Part shown: piece after piece, positions 58,523-64,000 of the stretch
Layout of the letters: each line of letters opens with the position of its first letter
Numbering within the stretch: the first letter of the stretch is position 1
Assembly (NCBI GenBank): GCA_009914755.4
Contig: CP086569.2
Coordinates: 20,192,001-20,256,000 of the forward strand
Direction: 5' to 3'
DNA from: the human T2T-CHM13v2.0 reference genome, Homo sapiens
Length of the DNA stretch: 64,000 bases
The notes under the pieces: generated by a model
What the model was told of the DNA's origin: nothing
Seen by the model: the letters and a program-made list of their open reading frames with translations, nothing else
Databases searched by the model: none
Program-made: the position numbers and the translations under genes

Positions 58523-60959
58523 TTGAAGATTATTTTTGATATTGATTTTCCATTTCATTTGGCTGTTGTCTGAGAGGGTATTTGATATAATATTGATTTT
58601 CTTAAATTTATTGAGACTTGTTTTGTGGCCTATCATACTGTCTGTCCTACAGAATGGTATATGTACTAATATGTATTCTAAACCTTCTGGGTACAATGCT
58701 CAGTAAATATCTTTTCAGTCCAATTGTTGATGGGTATAATTTAAATTAATTGTTTCTTTGTTGACTTTCTTTCTTGATGGCTTATCTAGCACTGTCCATG
58801 GAGTCTGGAACACTCTCATTGTGTTGCCATCTGTCTCATTTCTTCGGCCTAGTAATTATTTTTTATACATCTGGAAGCTCCAATGTTAGGTGCATATATA
58901 TTTAGCATTGTGATATTTTCCTGTTGGGCTAGTCTTCTTATCGTTATAAATGTTCCTGTTTATCTTTTTAAACTGTTGTTCCTCTAAAATTTGTTTTGTC
59001 TTATATAATAGTGATTCCTGCTGAATTTGGAGTCCATTTGCATGCAATATCATTTTCCACACTTTTACCTCAATTATATGTGAGTCCTTATGTGTTAAGT
59101 AAGACTATTGAAGACAGCATATGATGCATGAATTCTTACTTATTCTGTCATTCTGTGTCCTTTAAAGTGTAGCATTTAGTCCATTTACATTAAGTGTTAT
59201 TATTGAGATGTCAGGTACTATTCTATTCATTGTGTTAGTTATTGCCTGAATACTTCGTTTTATTTTTCCATTGTGGTATTTTTTTAAAGGCTGTGTGCAA
59301 TTTGCTTTAAGAAGTTTCTATTTTGGTCTCTTGCAAGATTTTCCTTCAAGATTTATAATTCCTTTCAACAGTTTTTGTAGTCCTGGCTGGGTAGTGGCAA
59401 ATTCTCTCAGCATTTGTTTGTCTAAAGAATACTATATATCTTCTTCATTTATAAAGCTTTTACTGCATGTGAAATTCTTGCTGATAATTATTTTGTTCAG
59501 TGACACTAAAGATGGAACCCCAATCCATTCTAGCTGGTAGGTTGTTTTCTGATAAATCTGTTGTTAATCTCACAGGTTTTCCTTGATAAGTTACCTGATG
59601 CTATTGCCTGACAGCTTTCAAGATTCTTTTATTTTTCTTGACTTTCTCTAGTGCAGGTATCATGAAAGTAAAGTGGGCTTTCTGAGAGTACTTTGATGTA
59701 GTTTCATGTAGTGTGCTGATTTTCTCAAATGCTTGTTAGGCTAGCAATAAAGTTGTCATATGGACAGATCCAGAATTTCTTGTTAGCCAAAAGGTCACAA
59801 GTGGTGAAATTAGCTGATATTTTATCTTTCACTGAAGCAGGAATGCTTTGTTATGAGTTGCTGTAATGGCTTCAGTTGGGCTGACCTCTAGCCAGTGGGT
59901 GGCAGTTTAAAGACAGCATCCACTGTGGTAGTATAGAAAAAAACTGTCAGATTAACACATGCATGCCCTAAGATCGTCCAGATAAGTATTTGGGTTTCTC
60001 AGCTGATGAGTGGGGCATAGAGCTTCCACAAGCCTTTGACTACTAGATTGGGTAGAGAAAGACCATCAGGTTAAATATGTTTGAGCTGACTGTCCTTGTG
60101 CAGCTTACCATAGCCAGTGTCAGGTTTGTGGTGTAGTTCTCAGGCCAATAGATTTATGTTCCATGTGGGATTCTTGCATCCTCTGCTGCTTTTTACAGGT
60201 CACCAGGAAATGGGGGGAAAACCTGCACTGACTATCTTCATTCAGCTTCCAATTACTCAGAAAGGCCAGTCTCATTTCTACTGTGCTCCTCTAACATCCA
60301 AAAGAGCTGAATTTATTTCAAGACCTTTTAGTGTCCAGGGCTGAGATCTTGCCTTAGGCTACAATCCTCTGCACTGAGAAAACAAGCAGCTCTTTCAGGC
60401 TTCACTCTCCATGTCTGCTGCAACATCTAAGTTTGTGTCTGCACTTACTCTTCACTCAATCACTCCCCAATACTGCTTAGAAATATCCACAGTCAGTTGA
60501 TATTATTACAAAATTCAGCTGGAAATCTTCTGTGAGCCTTCCTCAATTTCATGGGCTGACCTCCCACTGGCCTTTGTGAGACAGTCAGAAATGACTTTCC
60601 TGTGCTTCTCTGGTGACCAGGAGAGCACACAGAGTTCTTTCCACTGCTTCTTCTACTTTTATATTTCCCTCAGCTCTCTAAAATTATTTCAGCTCTAGGT
60701 AAGGTTAAATTACTTTTTCATTATCTTTAAGGTTCTCCAGTGAGTACTTGTGTTCAGAGGTGAGTTTTCCTTTTCACATTTTCAGCACTCACATTTTTTT
60801 GGCTGCCTGATGGAATTTAGTGTAGAAAGCCACTTCTTTTAAAGAAAATGTAAATTCTTTCAGTTTTCCTGATATGTTCCTGTGGTGATTCTTGATGCAA
60901 AATTCACAATGTGAGTCCCCACATACATTTTTGTCCCTGCAAGCTGATAAAATATCCTC

Positions 60960-63100
60960 CATCTGCCATTTTTTTATCATGTTTAAGCCTTAAATTAATC
61001 TTGCATTAATTTTTATATGGAAATAGGGAAAAGTGTAGTTTCAATATTCTGCATATGGCTAGCTAGTTATTTCAGCACCATTTATTGGCAAAAAGTACTT
61101 TTTTCATTGCTTGTTATAGTTTTTTTTGTTAAATATCAAATTGTTATAGTTTATTACTATGCTTCCTAACTTGTTTTACTGGTTTACGTGTCAAGTTTTT
61201 ACCAGTATCTTGCTGTTTTAGTTACTGTAGCTTTGCAATACAGTTTAAAGCCAGGTATTGTGATGCCTCAGATTTTGTGCTTTCTTTATAATTTGTTTGA
61301 ATTTTAGGCTCTGTTTGATTCTAAATAAATTTTAAAATTGTTTTAAATACTGTGAAATTGCTTCAATTTCTGTAAAAATTATCATTGATGGTTTGATATA
61401 AATAACATTACATCTATAAATTGCTTTAGCCATTATAGCAATATTGAATAATTCTATCTAATAAAATAAAATATTTCTCATTTTTTGTGTCTTCTCTAAC
61501 GTATTTCAGCATTATTTTTTAGTTGACATTGTAGAGATCTTTTAACTCCTTGGTTAGCTGTATTCACAGGGTTTTTTTGTGGCTATTAGGAATGAGATTG
61601 TGTTTTGCCTTGGCTCTTAGCTTGGGCACCACACATATATAAAATTCTAATAATTTTTATACTTATATTTTTTATCTTGAAAATTTGCTGAAGTTGTTTA
61701 CCAGATTGAGCAACTTTTGAGTAAAAATTATAAGGTGTTCTTTTTATTGTGTGATACTGCCTGTGAAGAGAAATTGTTTAATTTTCACTCTTTCTATTTA
61801 GATGTCATTTTATTTATTTCTTTAGCCTGAGTGCTCTGGTTAGTTTGTCCGGTACTATGTTACAAAAAAGTGGTGAAAATTGGCATTTTTGCTTAGCTCT
61901 AATTACCTAGGAGAATATTTCTAGCTTTTGCCTATTTAGTGTAATGTTGGCCATGAGTTTGTGTAGGTGGTTCTTATCATATTGAGAGGTAACCCTGCAA
62001 TGCCTAGTTTGCAAAGTGTTTGTAACAGAGAGATAATGAGTTTTACAAATGTATTTTTTCATTTATTAAAATGATAATGTGGTTTTGTTTTTAGGTATTT
62101 TTCTGTGGTTAATCATATTTATTGATTTGGATATGTTAAAGAATTCTTGAATTTCAGAAGCAAACCCTTCTTGATCAAGGTGGATTAACTTTCTGTTGTG
62201 TCACTAAATTCAGTTTGCTGGTGTTTTCTTTAGAAATTTTGTATTTGTGCTCATCAAAAATATTGGCATAAATTTTTTATTGTTGTAGTTTCTCTTCCAG
62301 GCTTTGGTATCAAAACATTAGTGTCCTTATACAATGAGTTAGAAAGGAGTCTCTCTTGATCTGTTTGAAATAACTTAAGTACAAATTAGAGAAGTTTTTT
62401 TCATATTAAGCAGAATTCAGATGTAAATCCACCAGTTCCAGATATTTTTTAGTTTATAAATTTTTAACTGATTATTTAACTCTGAAACTTATTATTTATC
62501 TGTTCTGGGCTACAGTTTATTTCTGACTATATCTGAAAGTTTGTACGCTTTCAGAAATTCATTTATTTTAGATTTTCTCGCTTGTGTGCATAGAAATGTT
62601 CATATGAGTCTCTAAGTTTTTTTAACTTATTTTTTATTTCTACGGGGTTAGTAATAACATTAAGTTTTCGATTTCTGATTGTGCTATTTAAAGATGTTCT
62701 CTACTTTGTATTAGTCACACAAGTAGTCAATTTTATTTGTTCTTTAAAAAAGACGTTTAATTTTTTTAATTATTACATTGTTTTTCTCATCTCCATTTTG
62801 TTAACTTCAACTCTGATTTGTTTTGTTTTGTTTTCTCTTTTGTTGTCTTACTTTTTTTTTTTTTTAGATGTAATATTATAGTGTTCGTTTTAAATCTTCT
62901 TAAGTTGGTAATATGGGTGTTTAGTGCTACAAATATTTACCTTAACACCGCTTTAGCTAGGTCACAGAGATTTTTACGTGTTATATATTTATTAGTATTA
63001 ATTTCAGGGAATTTTTTGACTACTGCCTAACTTTATTGTTTCCTAAATGTTATTTAAAAATGTATTATTTAATTTATATTTCATTATATGATTTTGAGTG
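60960..63100 (-). mobile_element. Ancient L1 (L1M-like) ORF2 remnant, highly diverged and AT-rich
   Basis: Motifs such as atggctagctagttatttcagcaccatttattggcaaaaagtacttttttcattg, tgtagctttgcaatacagtttaaagccaggtattgtgatgcctcagattttgtgctttc and gctttggtatcaaaacattagtgtccttatacaatgagttagaaaggagtctctc parallel L1 ORF2 antisense blocks. Confidence 0.5.
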
Positions 63101-63639
63101 ATTTTATCATATTAATTTTTATTCATAGTAAGTTTTGGTCTGAGGGTGTGATTGGTAACCAAAAGTATGGACAAAATTGATGAGAATTATGCTAAATGAA
63201 ATAATCAAACACCAGAAAGACAAATACTGCATGAACTTACTGACATATAGAAATAAGACAATTGATGTATAAAAATAAAAACAATTGAACGCATAAAATT
63301 AGGGAATTGAATAATGGTTACCATAGGTTAGGGGTGGGAAAAAAATAGAAGGCCAATTAAGAGATGCAAAACCTCAGTTAGAGAATTAAACACTTCAGAT
63401 ACTTTATTATCATTATTATTATTATTTTGAAATCTGTTTGACCATGTGAAGAATACAGCTGTGAATTTAGTGATATCTTCTTAAATATAGTTAACAAAGT
63501 GTATCTTAAATATTTTTATCACAAAATACATCATTTGCAAAAATTTCTTCAGTAATACCCCAGAATCACAGGAAAGCATGTCAAAAAGGGACAAATAAAA
63601 TTATGTCAAGTAAAAAGAAAACTTCTGCAAAGCAAAATA

Positions 63640-64000
63640 AACAATTAAGAAAATAAAGAGACCCACAACATGGAATAAAATATTTTCAAACTATCCATCT
63701 TACAAAAATTAATAGCTGAAATATATAAGGATCTGAACAATGTAATGAAAAATAATCTAATAATCAAATTAAAATAGCCAATACAGATATATGTACCAAT
63801 GGAACAGAACAGAGGCCACAGAAATAACACCACACATCTACAACCATCTGATCTTTGACAAACCTGACAAAAACAAGCAATGTGGAAAGGATACCCTATT
63901 TAATAAATGGCATTGGGAAAACTGTCTAGCCATATGGAAAAAACTGAAACTGGACCACTTCCTTAAACATTATACAAAAATTAACTCAAGATGGATTAAA
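63640..64000 (+). mobile_element. L1 ORF2 fragment (older subfamily) on the + strand, continuing past the window end
   Basis: aatggaacagaacagaggccacagaaataacaccacacatctacaaccatctgatctttgacaaacctgacaaaaacaagcaatgtggaaaggataccctatttaataaatggcattgggaaaactg encodes [41 protein letters not shown]. Confidence 0.75.

Larger units (their letters stand above)
54840..59600 (-). mobile_element. Older L1 (L1PB/L1MA-like) on the - strand, carrying two Alu insertions; 3' side abuts the younger L1 at 54830
   Basis: Diverged L1 ORF2 antisense motifs throughout, such as ggtgctgctataaacatacatatgcaag, ccatcttgagtctatttttgcataaagtgagagatgaagatccagatttactttttttacatttggcttgccaattatttaagcaccattggttaaataaagt and gtgaatccatctggtcttggacttatttttttgttag. 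Confidence 0.6.

Overview
This 64-kb window is primate (human or close ape) nuclear DNA, not a prokaryotic locus. It is almost entirely interspersed repeats and shows no convincing cellular protein-coding gene or exon. Six Alu elements are present. There are many L1 elements, several of them with 5'-inversion structures, and L1 ORF2 accounts for most of the protein-like ORFs in the six-frame track. Three LTR-retroelement families occur. The first is a nested pair, with a HERV-K-like (betaretrovirus, class II) provirus on the + strand at about 7755-12795 inserted into the protease region of a gamma-like class I ERV on the - strand, whose LTR copies lie at 1-4085 and 14534-15140. The second is a full-length THE1/MST-type MaLR element on the - strand at about 24760-30821, itself carrying an L1 and an Alu insertion. 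The third is a cluster of degenerate ERV9/LTR12-related pieces at about 31100-37900. A full-length GAPDH processed pseudogene at about 42049-43314 lies inside an L1. Long simple repeats include a roughly 400-bp (CTT)n tract, several (GAAA)n Alu-tail expansions and (TG)n(TA)n arrays. I found no CRISPR array, operon, tRNA or rRNA, and no novel defence or biosynthetic system. All coordinates are approximate (about 10-30 bp) because they come from by-eye alignment to remembered consensus sequences.
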